Shown here piece after piece: positions 49,215 through 59,166 of a DNA stretch of 64,000 bases; position 1 is the stretch's first letter, and each line of letters starts with the position of its first letter. The notes under the pieces are model-generated. The model had not been told where the DNA came from, did not search any database, and saw nothing but the letters and a program-made list of their open reading frames with translations. Location of the stretch: the NCBI GenBank assembly GCA_965249485.1, contig OZ252239.1:2208001-2272000 (forward strand). The letters run 5' to 3'. Both the position numbers and the translations under genes were made by a program. Origin of the DNA: a bacterium. Its GTDB lineage: Bacteria; SM23-31.

Positions 49215-50840
49215 ATGTTCAAGCGCAATTATTTTATCGTTATGTATGTTATTCTTACTTGCTTCTCAATTTTGAATTGCTCTCCTGGAGGCAGTGGAAT
49301 TGATGTCGTCGCAACCAGTGATTATGATGATCTTGTAAGTATTTTTCATGAGTTTCGTGAATTTCAGGAACCGATTATTGTAGATGGAGTTCCTGATTAC
49401 ACACCGAATGCGACAAAGAACCGATATGATAATATTAAAGGTTATCAACAACGTCTTGCTGCATTTAATATTGAAGATTGGCCCGTCTCTCAGCAGGTAG
49501 ATTACCATTTAGTGCGTGCTGAAATGAACGGGATGGAGTTTGATTATCGGGCTCGCAAACCCTGGGCACGTGATCCGGGGTTCTATCTTTTCTCTCAGAG
49601 AGGTGCCGGCCCGACAGCATATGGAAGCCCTCGAATTTCTGATCTGCCATTATCACAGGAAGACACAGCTGAACTCAGAGTAAACCTTCAAGCCGTACCT
49701 ATGTTGCTTGAACAGGCAATGAGCAACCTCACCGAAGCATCTGGCGGTCTTGCTCTCATTGCTCTCCATTTTCTTGAAGAAGAAATAGCGATGTATGAAA
49801 ACCTCGGTAATAGGTTGAAGGAACACCACTCTGATTTTATTCCTCTGGTTGAGCGGGCAACTGCTGCAGTGCACAAATATGGAGAATGGCTTGAAACAAA
49901 CAAGGGAACCATGACCGCACCAGTGGGAATAGGTGAAGAGAATTACAACTGGTGGCTCAAAAATGTCCAGTTGGTACCTTACACATGGGATGAACTTATT
50001 ATCAGTATGACACGGGAGTATGAGCAAGCAATTGCAGCTTTAAAAATAACGGAAAATAGCAATCGAGATTTACCTCCGCTTAAACTCGTTTCATCGGATG
50101 ATGAATATCAGCGTAACTGGAAAAGTGCGGAGCGATTCATGAGACAGTTTATGACAGAAAATGAAATTTTTACTGTCCCGGATTATATCGAATCATATTA
50201 TCCCGGACTATGGTGGAATGATCCCCGTTCATCTGACGATCTGGATTTTTTCCAGCAATGCAGAGACCGGGACATGCTTGCGGAAGCTTCCCATAATTAC
50301 CTTGGACACAATCTCGATGGATTGCGTCATGCACGTGACGACCGTCCAATACGTGGGGCAGAACGGTTCTATGCAATGGCAATGATACGGTCTGAAGGGG
50401 TAGCGTTTGGTCTTGAAGAAGTCGGAATGCAAGCCGGAATGTATAATGAAAGACCGCGAGGTAAAGAGATAGGTAATATTATGAAAGCATTTCGTGTAGT
50501 TCGGGCATTAGCTGACCTAAAAATGCACGGAAACGAATTCACGCTAGCGGATGCCATTCAATTCTGTTATGACGAAACACCATACAATTGGATGCTTAAG
50601 GATGGTTATGAAGTATGGTATGAGATGCAGACAACACTACGACATCCTGGATGGCATATGGGGATGGTTCTTGGAAAAATCCAGATGCTGAACTTTATTG
50701 AAGACGGTGCGCGTGTTCGAGGTGATAATTTTGTGCTTCGTGACTATATGGATGAATTTTTCGCAGCGGGGAGGATCCCGTATTCGTTGATCCGCTGGGA
50801 AATGACAGGACTCACCGACGAAATAGAAACGATGTGGTAA
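49215..50840 (+). CDS. DUF885-family protein, probable lipoprotein (paralog of 28456-30081)
   Basis: Same length (541 aa) and colinear motifs; shared leader AAATGGAGGTTTGAAC.ATG. Confidence 0.75.
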   Translation: MFKRNYFIVMYVILTCFSILNCSPGGSGIDVVATSDYDDLVSIFHEFREFQEPIIVDGVPDYTPNATKNRYDNIKGYQQRLAAFNIEDWPVSQQVDYHLVRAEMNGMEFDYRARKPWARDPGFYLFSQRGAGPTAYGSPRISDLPLSQEDTAELRVNLQAVPMLLEQAMSNLTEASGGLALIALHFLEEEIAMYENLGNRLKEHHSDFIPLVERATAAVHKYGEWLETNKGTMTAPVGIGEENYNWWLKNVQLVPYTWDELIISMTREYEQAIAALKITENSNRDLPPLKLVSSDDEYQRNWKSAERFMRQFMTENEIFTVPDYIESYYPGLWWNDPRSSDDLDFFQQCRDRDMLAEASHNYLGHNLDGLRHARDDRPIRGAERFYAMAMIRSEGVAFGLEEVGMQAGMYNERPRGKEIGNIMKAFRVVRALADLKMHGNEFTLADAIQFCYDETPYNWMLKDGYEVWYEMQTTLRHPGWHMGMVLGKIQMLNFIEDGARVRGDNFVLRDYMDEFFAAGRIPYSLIRWEMTGLTDEIETMW

Positions 50841-50906
50841 TTTTATATTTTATAGGAAATTCCATGATTATATTGATGATATAACAGCACACTAAGGAGA
50901 CGAATA

Positions 50907-53618
50907 ATGAGCATTAAAAGAATATGTTTAGTCTGTGTATTAGCATTGTGTATGCACGGATTGATTTCAGAAACATTTGCTCAACAAATTCCCAATAATA
51001 TCATTAGTAAAATTCATTATCGGGATATTGGTCCGACCAGACAAAGCGGCAGGATCGTTGATTTTACAGTGCCTGAAAAACAGCCTTACACATATTACGT
51101 AGCAACATGTTCGGGGGGACTCTGGAAAACAGATAACAATGGAATTACCTATGAACCAATATTCGATCATGAATATTCCATAGCTATCGGAGATATCGCT
51201 GTTGCTCCATCAGAGCCGAATATCGTGTGGGTTGGAACCGGAGAAGCGAATGGTGATTACTGGGGTGATGGAATGTATAAATCGACAGACGGTGGAAAAT
51301 CCTGGACAAATATGGGATTACGGGATTCACACTACATTGGCCGTATCAAAATTCATCCTGACAATCCCAATATAGTCTATGTGGCTGCTACAGGTCATTT
51401 CAATTCTCAAAACCCCGAACGAGGAGTTTACAAAACGTCTAGTGGGGGTAGAACATGGGAAAAATCTCTTGATATAATTCAAAATGAGCGATATATCGGT
51501 GCAATCGACCTTGTCATGGATCCACGAGACTCCGATATTCTTTATGCCGCGAGTTACGACCGGCCCGGTGGTGGTCGGCATAGTGATCAAATGGGTGAAA
51601 CCAGCAGTGGTATCTATAAAACGGTTAATGGTGGACGTACATGGACACAGCTTACAAAAGGACTTCCAAAAAGTGGAGTGGGGCGTATTGGTCTCGACAT
51701 ATACCTCAGCAATCCGGATATTCTTTATACAGTTATGCATGTACCTGAGCCATCTGCCGGGAACTCACAAAACAGGGTGTACCGTACTGATGATGCAGGA
51801 AATTCGTGGGAGCGTCTCGGACAGCCGAGTGGTGAAGGATTAGGTGGAGGCTCGTATTTCGGTCAAATTCGTGTTGATCCGAATGACGATGACCATGTAT
51901 ATCTTCTCAGTGTACAGCTGTACGAGTCGAAAGATGGTGGGAAAACATGGGATATGCCATTCCGTGAAGAACGGCAGAAAAGACATGAACGGGTCGATTT
52001 TTACGATGACCACCATGCAATGTGGATCGACCCCGACAATTCTAACCATATGTTACTCGGTAACGATCACGGAATGGGTATCACCTATGACGGCGGAGAG
52101 AACTGGTTTCATCCGGATATACTTCCTCTTGCTCAACTTTACGCTATCGGTGTCGATATGGACTATCCCTATAATGTATACGGAGGTACTCAGGATAACG
52201 GCAATTTTAGAGGACCAAGTACTAAAAAAGGACAGTATCCTATCCGGTTGGAAGACTGGCAGTACTGGGGAACAGGGGATGGTTCTTTTGCACAAGTTGA
52301 TCCCTCCAATACACAGTGGCTTTACAATGAAGCACAAAATGGTGAAATCGAACGGATTGATCAGAGAACAGGCAAACGAAAGGAAGTTAAATATTCAGAA
52401 AATCCAGAACTGCGGTACAATTTTAATGCTCCAATACTGATTTCCCCTCATAATCCCGATGTTATTTTTCATGGAGCAAATGTTCTTCTCAGGTCGCCTT
52501 TTCGTGGTGAGACGTGGGAGGAAATAAGCCCCGACCTTTCAGATTCCGACAAAGATGAGCGGGATAGAGTAAGGCGGGAAAAGGGCACTATTACCACAAT
52601 AGACGAGTCAGCAGTAACAGAAGGAATCATCTGGGTAGGAACAGATGATGGAAATGTACAGATGACCCGAGACGGTGGAGTAACATGGACAAAACTCAAT
52701 GATCGAATTCCCGGCTATCCCGGTCACAATGTGAGCAGAGTAACTGCGTCACATCATTATGAGGGAACCGCGTATGTCACATTCACCGGACGCCGCAGAG
52801 ACGATTTTCGTCCGTATGTCTTTAAGACCGATAATTACGGTGAAACATGGAAATCCATTGCAAACAATCTGCCTGATGAACCGATTAATGTCATAAAGGA
52901 AGACCACAAAAATCCGAATCTGCTGTTTATCGGGAACGACAAAGCGGTATATGTAACAATTGACGGGGGTGCAAATTGGTCAAAGATGCAAAATAATATG
53001 CCGACACAACCGATACACGATCTTGTAATCCACTCCCGTGAAAATGATCTTGTAGTCGGAACATATGGACGTGGATTCTTCATAGCTGACATATCTCCTC
53101 TTCAGGAACTGACGCAGGAGGTATTAGAACAAGATATGTTTTTCTTTAATATTGAGCCCAAAGTGCAGTGGGTTATTCCCCGGGAAAATGTTGTGAGTTC
53201 TCATAATTTTGCAGGTGAGAATGAACCTTATGGTCTTATAATCAATTACTATCTTAATAATGATACTCCTTCAGATATATCAATTGCCGTTTACCAAGGT
53301 GAGCGAGTGATCAGAGAATTGCAGGGCTTAGGTAATGCTGGTTTAAACAGTGTTGAATGGCGAATGAATTCCATAAGGGAAAGAACGGACGAGGAAAAAG
53401 AAAGATGGCAAAGGCAATACGAGTGGTATATGATCGAGCCTTATACGAAATTTCAACAGATATGGTATAATAATGTATCATTCAATCCTAACGATCCGGA
53501 TCACATAGGTATACAGGTTCAACCCGGTGAATATACGGTTAAACTCAGCGTAAACGGTAAAGAACAAACACGGACAGCGGTAATTTTGCAAGATCACTGG
53601 TATACGAAATACTATTAG
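50907..53618 (+). CDS. Secreted BNR/Asp-box repeat beta-propeller protein (VPS10/sortilin-like, often annotated as glycosyl hydrolase)
   Basis: IGPTRQSGR and multiple S/T.DGG.TW Asp-box repeats; signal peptide (TFA|Q). Confidence 0.85.
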   Translation: MSIKRICLVCVLALCMHGLISETFAQQIPNNIISKIHYRDIGPTRQSGRIVDFTVPEKQPYTYYVATCSGGLWKTDNNGITYEPIFDHEYSIAIGDIAVAPSEPNIVWVGTGEANGDYWGDGMYKSTDGGKSWTNMGLRDSHYIGRIKIHPDNPNIVYVAATGHFNSQNPERGVYKTSSGGRTWEKSLDIIQNERYIGAIDLVMDPRDSDILYAASYDRPGGGRHSDQMGETSSGIYKTVNGGRTWTQLTKGLPKSGVGRIGLDIYLSNPDILYTVMHVPEPSAGNSQNRVYRTDDAGNSWERLGQPSGEGLGGGSYFGQIRVDPNDDDHVYLLSVQLYESKDGGKTWDMPFREERQKRHERVDFYDDHHAMWIDPDNSNHMLLGNDHGMGITYDGGENWFHPDILPLAQLYAIGVDMDYPYNVYGGTQDNGNFRGPSTKKGQYPIRLEDWQYWGTGDGSFAQVDPSNTQWLYNEAQNGEIERIDQRTGKRKEVKYSENPELRYNFNAPILISPHNPDVIFHGANVLLRSPFRGETWEEISPDLSDSDKDERDRVRREKGTITTIDESAVTEGIIWVGTDDGNVQMTRDGGVTWTKLNDRIPGYPGHNVSRVTASHHYEGTAYVTFTGRRRDDFRPYVFKTDNYGETWKSIANNLPDEPINVIKEDHKNPNLLFIGNDKAVYVTIDGGANWSKMQNNMPTQPIHDLVIHSRENDLVVGTYGRGFFIADISPLQELTQEVLEQDMFFFNIEPKVQWVIPRENVVSSHNFAGENEPYGLIINYYLNNDTPSDISIAVYQGERVIRELQGLGNAGLNSVEWRMNSIRERTDEEKERWQRQYEWYMIEPYTKFQQIWYNNVSFNPNDPDHIGIQVQPGEYTVKLSVNGKEQTRTAVILQDHWYTKYY

Positions 53619-53722
53619 TTTAAATCTAACAAAGAATAAGATCGAAAAAGCCCTTGGAGTATTATATTTTTTAAGTGCTCCAATACAAATAAATATATAT
53701 CTGTGTTTCTTACCTCCGTAAG

Positions 53723-54643
53723 CTAAAACGGGGAAAATCTCGGCTGAGATGCCCCTTCCAACAGCATTCTTTTGTACGAGCCATATGAATTCATTATCCA
53801 TATCTGCGAAACCGACCCTTGTCCTCTGCCTTCCGAATAGCTGTATGCTATGTATCTACCATCGGCTGACATAGTGGGATTAGAAGCTGATCCCGGTGTG
53901 TGTGTCAGGCGAGTCTGGTCTGATCCATCAACATTCATAATGTAAATATCGTATGTTCCGCTTTGCGGATCATCATGCATATCTGAGGAAAAAATGATCT
54001 GTTCGCTGTCGGGAGACCATGCCGGAACCTCGTCAAGAGCGCGGGTCCAGGTCAATCGCTGCTGATTGGTGCCGTCAACTGCATTGGCAAGGTATATTTC
54101 AGGATCGTCTCTGTCTCTGTCTGCTTCAAACGCTATCCACAATCCATTTGGGGACCATGCTATGAAATTATTAACTCGTTTGTGCGGAGTATCTTGCGTA
54201 AGTTGGGTAAGATTATAGCCCCACGCACCGGCATCGACATTTGTCCGCCAAATTTGATCACTCCCGCTTCTGCCGGAGTTGAATGCAATCATCGAACCGT
54301 CCGGAGACCATGCTGGTCCGTGATCTCTCGCAGGATCTGTTGTTAAGCGGGTTACATTGCCGCCGTCAGCAGCATCCATATAATAGATGTCTGTATTGTT
54401 ATCGTCTGACAGTGTGAAGGCAATTTTTGTTCCATCAGGAGACCAGGCCGGACCGTTTCCGGTTCCGATACGCCGATTACCCGTGCCGTCTGCGTTCATA
54501 ATCCAGATTTCAGGACCGTCACCACTCGATGTAGTGTAGGCAATCTGAGACACTCTTACCTGTGCATTTAATTCGACGGCTGATATTCCGGTAAATCCCA
54601 GACACAGTACTGCTGCGGCAATAAACATACGTAATCTAAGCAT
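53723..54643 (-). CDS. Secreted TolB-like beta-propeller (PD40 repeats)
   Basis: Repeated PAWSPDG..IAF and I..M.ADG...RLT; no TolB N-terminal domain. Confidence 0.85.
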   Translation of the reverse strand: MLRLRMFIAAAVLCLGFTGISAVELNAQVRVSQIAYTTSSGDGPEIWIMNADGTGNRRIGTGNGPAWSPDGTKIAFTLSDDNNTDIYYMDAADGGNVTRLTTDPARDHGPAWSPDGSMIAFNSGRSGSDQIWRTNVDAGAWGYNLTQLTQDTPHKRVNNFIAWSPNGLWIAFEADRDRDDPEIYLANAVDGTNQQRLTWTRALDEVPAWSPDSEQIIFSSDMHDDPQSGTYDIYIMNVDGSDQTRLTHTPGSASNPTMSADGRYIAYSYSEGRGQGSVSQIWIMNSYGSYKRMLLEGASQPRFSPF

Positions 54644-54882
54644 AATAAAATTCCTCCTAATGATTGTTGGAAAATGATAAGTAACTAATTTGCATGGGGG
54701 ATATAAAAGAAAATATGTTGTAATACAGTTATTACACTAATTTATTCAATTTCGGCATTGTTGTAATAAAATCACTAAAGAATATCAACTAATCTTTTGG
54801 GGGTTCTTTAACCTTAATACTTAAAATTGTTAATTTATGCATTATTGTTTGATTTTTGCTCAGTAATTTAACTAAGGTAGAT

Positions 54883-57630
54883 TTATCCTGATAATCCCGA
54901 AAAATACTGTTCCATAGGCTCAAGTTCTTTCGGTATATCCTCAAAAATGAATCCGTCCTGTCCTGAAATCTGATCTCGGTGTACATTAAGGATGTGATTA
55001 TAGATTTTCTGGGGACTAGGAAAAGTCAAGAATTCTCCCATCCACTGGTTTCGTCTCTCACGTGCAGCAATTTTCGCTGTAAATATTCTGTATTTTGAAA
55101 GATCGCTGATAATTACGTCTCCAAATCCGAAATCGCCTTCCTGAGAAACTACGGTAAACTCCGGCTGTATAGCAGAATCCTGATATTGAGTGAGGAGTTC
55201 GTCTACGACATTTTTGTTGCGGGGGACAAGATAATTGTAGTCGACAATGAGTGTTTTAATCCCTTTAGTAAGAAGCTGTTCAGCTACAAGATAGCATATG
55301 GGCACATATTCGCCGTATGTTAAAATTATGTGGTGATGGGCGCCGGTCGGTTCGCCCGTTACAGAATGGGTATAATAGATTCCAACAGGATCAAGTGGAG
55401 TGTTAAGGTCAAGATAGGTACCAGAATAATTGAATGAACCTATTGGGATTTTTCTCATAACCGGATTACTTAAGAGAATGTAGGTTGGTGTATTGCTGCT
55501 CGCTGCATTTCTATATGCCATTTGTATAGCATGCGCGGTATTGGGAATAACGATTTGGACACCTTTTAAACGGTTCGCAATAGTTCCAACTGAACAAGAT
55601 GAATGATAACCGCCGCCGGCTCCTCCAAGTGCCATGATCGAATCGATCGATCGCCCCCGTATAAAACCATACGATTGACGGATAACAACAGGTAGCATAA
55701 CCTTGCCATTGCTTCTTTGATAGATTGTACTGATTTCATCAGGTGCGAACAGACCAAAATCGTAATCATTAAACTGTATTTCGGCAAGCACAAATCCTTT
55801 ACCGTCCAAAGCGTGAGACATACCGGCGGCCATTGCATATATACCTGGTTCGTCAATACCTATGTCAGTAATATGGTACCTTCCGGTTTCAGGATTTTTT
55901 AGGTGTGATAAAACTTGTAATCCTGCAGTGGTCTTATTGATTCCTCCGGTACCAGATCCTGGATTTTCCACAATATGTTCAATATTATTAGGCCTGGTGT
56001 CAGGAATATCTTCTCCAATGGCACGAAATGTATTGGTCAGTAATAATAGATCAGCAAGTGAAAAATTTTCGGCATGGATCGGTGCAATAGAATCCAAATC
56101 TTCCGGAAGCTCAACTCCATTTTCAATTTGAAAACGGAGTCCAGGAGTCTTTGCCATCCGGTCCAAATGTCCGTTTTTCCAAAATTGATCTCGAATTTGC
56201 TTGTTTTCTACGAGTTTTTCCCAGTTGTACTGAGAGATTTCAGGATTGTATGGTGTAACATTTATCAAACGTTTCTTCGGAGTGCCTACCCGAGCTCCGG
56301 GTATGATCGCAATATATCGCTCAATTACGGCTTTTTGTGCTTCATTAATAAGGTCAATTGCACTTTGTGAATCAAGATATCCCAAATTGATCATACATTT
56401 GAGACCATTCAAAACGGAATCGTTGTTGTTATGATAAATTACCTCATCTAGTGTTAAACCCGAAGTTGGAGATGATCGGGCACTTTTTGGAATCATTGAC
56501 AATCCGTAATAATTGCTCACCGAATGGCCGCCGGGCCGCAAAACCTTCACATGGGCATAAACCGGTCCTTTTCTGGCTTCTTCAATGAGCATCACTGAAT
56601 TCTTGAGTACCTGGAGGAAGTCAAGCGAATCAAAGCGGAAAATTTTACTTATTCCTTCATTTTCTTCCATCCAAATATAGTCATGGAGAGGATCTCCCCA
56701 CGATTGTGTTTCATCTGCAGGTGACGAAATCCCTATTCCGTTATCATACACATGCATGGCAAAACGGAGACTCTTACCCATGTCCTTTATTTTTTGAAAA
56801 AGTTGTTTTCGGGTGGTCCTATCGGTATGGGCACGCTTCAATTCGCTTTGGTCACCATAGTGTTTTGCCAATAGATACATATGCCGCCGAAGAAGTTTCT
56901 GACCGTTGACAATAGATGGTTCGTTTGTTGCCGATTCACCGGTAATATAATTCACAATAGTGTCTTCGGAATAGGGCATCTCCTCGGATCTGTAAAGTGG
57001 GCTGAGTCCAATTGAAGTACAGGCGGCAATGTTGCCCTGAGCAGCGACGGGTGAATTTTCTGTTTTTAATCCCAGTTCAGGAAAACAAAGATGCTGAGGC
57101 ATGGTTGTATGGCATGCATCGGGAAAACCGAATGCAACTTTAAATATTTCGGTTATTCCGTCACGGGTACTCAGAGGTGAAAATTCTGATAGTCCTAATC
57201 CCACACTTGTTGAGGAACGGTAATAGGAAAAGTATATATCCCGGTCACGTTCCGTGGTACGGTTTTTAGTTTTAAAATATCTGGCTGAAAGATATGTGTT
57301 AATAACGCATGTCAAATGAGGCCCAAGCGAACAGATAAAAAATGGTAAATGTGGTGTGAATTTTTCAATTGCAGCAATATCACTATCCCGAAAACTAAGA
57401 TCTGCTGCGTTTTCAATTAAATCATTGTACGATGAGCCTTTAAATCCTTGATTAGATAGACAAACTAAGGTTTCCTCAGTGGCCTGAACTTTGAGGGCTA
57501 CACTTAATATATGCAACACTTCAGTAGCTTTTAATCCTCCAAATTCTTTCTGTTTTAGATTTGGATTAGATTGTGATTTTGGGGGAGCGTTTTTTTTCGA
57601 TACTATCTGTTTTATTTCTTTTAAGATCAC
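54883..57630 (-). CDS. Divergent fused 2-oxoacid dehydrogenase E1 alpha/beta-like ThDP enzyme
   Basis: YYR, MPQH, GESA...DNG.GIS, RPGGHS (alpha part); GEDI, GG..K.T.GL, IDE, AEIQFNDY, GGGYHS (beta part). GGAGG SD before the GTG start. Confidence 0.75.
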   Translation of the reverse strand: MILKEIKQIVSKKNAPPKSQSNPNLKQKEFGGLKATEVLHILSVALKVQATEETLVCLSNQGFKGSSYNDLIENAADLSFRDSDIAAIEKFTPHLPFFICSLGPHLTCVINTYLSARYFKTKNRTTERDRDIYFSYYRSSTSVGLGLSEFSPLSTRDGITEIFKVAFGFPDACHTTMPQHLCFPELGLKTENSPVAAQGNIAACTSIGLSPLYRSEEMPYSEDTIVNYITGESATNEPSIVNGQKLLRRHMYLLAKHYGDQSELKRAHTDRTTRKQLFQKIKDMGKSLRFAMHVYDNGIGISSPADETQSWGDPLHDYIWMEENEGISKIFRFDSLDFLQVLKNSVMLIEEARKGPVYAHVKVLRPGGHSVSNYYGLSMIPKSARSSPTSGLTLDEVIYHNNNDSVLNGLKCMINLGYLDSQSAIDLINEAQKAVIERYIAIIPGARVGTPKKRLINVTPYNPEISQYNWEKLVENKQIRDQFWKNGHLDRMAKTPGLRFQIENGVELPEDLDSIAPIHAENFSLADLLLLTNTFRAIGEDIPDTRPNNIEHIVENPGSGTGGINKTTAGLQVLSHLKNPETGRYHITDIGIDEPGIYAMAAGMSHALDGKGFVLAEIQFNDYDFGLFAPDEISTIYQRSNGKVMLPVVIRQSYGFIRGRSIDSIMALGGAGGGYHSSCSVGTIANRLKGVQIVIPNTAHAIQMAYRNAASSNTPTYILLSNPVMRKIPIGSFNYSGTYLDLNTPLDPVGIYYTHSVTGEPTGAHHHIILTYGEYVPICYLVAEQLLTKGIKTLIVDYNYLVPRNKNVVDELLTQYQDSAIQPEFTVVSQEGDFGFGDVIISDLSKYRIFTAKIAARERRNQWMGEFLTFPSPQKIYNHILNVHRDQISGQDGFIFEDIPKELEPMEQYFSGLSG

Positions 57631-58316
57631 TCTTCATGCCTCCTGCTGTTGATTTTCAAGGATACACAAAAACATACAATTAAGAATGGAGAATACTCGA
57701 CATGCAGATTTTATCACAGAGGATTTATCAAAAGGTAAAGCGAATCTATTCGTTGTCGAGAGAAATTGAAAAGTTGCTCAGCTTGCTTATCGACGTTAAG
57801 TTAAGATTAGATAAACAAAATAACAATAAAATCAAAGAAAAATGAAATAAATGTTATATTTTTCAAATTATATATGTATATGCAACTAATAAGGCTTGTT
57901 ATACGTGCCTTTTGTAGAGAGGATATTAGATGTATATACATGTAATATGTTACAGTTTATTTATGAAATATTTTATACTAATGAAAAAGCCTTGATGTTG
58001 AAGACATTCTATTGCTCAGAAATTGATTTATTCACAATCAATATGAGGTGCGAAATAGAAGGAGTATAATTGAATTGAGTTTTGTTGTGTATACTTTATA
58101 CCAAAGGAATTAATATACCGCAATGTATCTGAATTAAATATTGCGGAAATATATTGATGAAGTTTGAATAAATCCATACATTTAATAATTTGCAATTATT
58201 GAGAATATTCCAAGAAGATTAGCAAATCGAAGAGTCGTAGAAAAGTAACTATCTAACAGACAGCACAAAATGAAAAATCAGCAGATAAAAGATGCCCTTC
58301 ATTTGGTACAAATGCA

Positions 58317-59036
58317 ATGAATGAGATTGATAACTCTCCTTCTCGTGTTAATGTCTGGCAGATGTTTGACCGTATTGCAAATCGGTACGATTTGTTAAAC
58401 AGGCTATTGTCGTTTGGTCAAGATGTAATTTGGAGGAAAAAGGTAACAAGTCATTTGTCAGATCGAGACAATCAAACCGTTCTCGATATAGCTACAGGCA
58501 CTGGAGATCTTCTCATTTCAATGTGTGTATTGTGCTCATCGATTACACGTGCAGTAGGCATTGATATGGCCGGAAAAATGCTGCAAATCGGAAAAGATAA
58601 AATTAAGAGAGGAAATCTGCAGGAAAGCGGGTCACTTATTAGGGGAGATGCCTGCTTACTTCCATGTTCATCAGGAATGTTTGATGCGGTTACCATTGCA
58701 TTTGGAATCAGGAATGTGATAAATGTAGATGGTGCACTCAATGAGATGTTCAGAGTGCTAAATAAAAAGGGGAGGATTATTATTCTCGAATTTTCTCTCC
58801 CACACAACACTATTATTAAAGCCTTTTATCTGTTTTATTTTCGCAACATATTGCCTCTTATCGGTTCACTAATATCAGGTGACAGTATCGCATACCGTTA
58901 TCTAAACAAAACGGTTGAAACTTTTCCATTCGGACAATCTTTTTGCGCTCTCTTGGAAAAAACCGGATTCCGGGACGTCTGTGAACAACGCTTAACGTTT
59001 GGTGTAGCAACAATATACCGAGGTGAAAAACCGTGA
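58317..59036 (+). CDS. menG: Demethylmenaquinone methyltransferase (UbiE/MenG)
   Basis: MFDRIANRYDLLNRLLSFG, LDIATGTGD, AFGIRNV, LEFS, YRYL; adjacent to men genes. Confidence 0.92.
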   Translation: MNEIDNSPSRVNVWQMFDRIANRYDLLNRLLSFGQDVIWRKKVTSHLSDRDNQTVLDIATGTGDLLISMCVLCSSITRAVGIDMAGKMLQIGKDKIKRGNLQESGSLIRGDACLLPCSSGMFDAVTIAFGIRNVINVDGALNEMFRVLNKKGRIIILEFSLPHNTIIKAFYLFYFRNILPLIGSLISGDSIAYRYLNKTVETFPFGQSFCALLEKTGFRDVCEQRLTFGVATIYRGEKP

Positions 59037-59166
59037 CAGAGCGTTAGAAAAATAGATTTTTATTTTACGCATCATTTCTTATATTATGTCACATATTTTT
59101 TAATTTTGTAAGTGTATCATTGGATTAACGATATTGTGATATATACTACTATTTCGCAATCATATT

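Noticed and set aside
53723..54643. tolB of a Tol-Pal system
   Set aside because: It lacks the TolB N-terminal domain and has no pal or tolA neighbours; called only a TolB-like propeller.
58118..58146. CCGCAAT-N15-ATTGCGG dyad in the E1/menG intergenic region
   Set aside because: Single 7-bp dyad with no second copy or recognisable riboswitch context.
59064..59094. dif-like site (TTTACGCATCA-TTTCTTATA-TTATGTCACAT)
   Set aside because: The central region would be 9 bp rather than 6 and both arms have mismatches; probably chance in AT-rich DNA.
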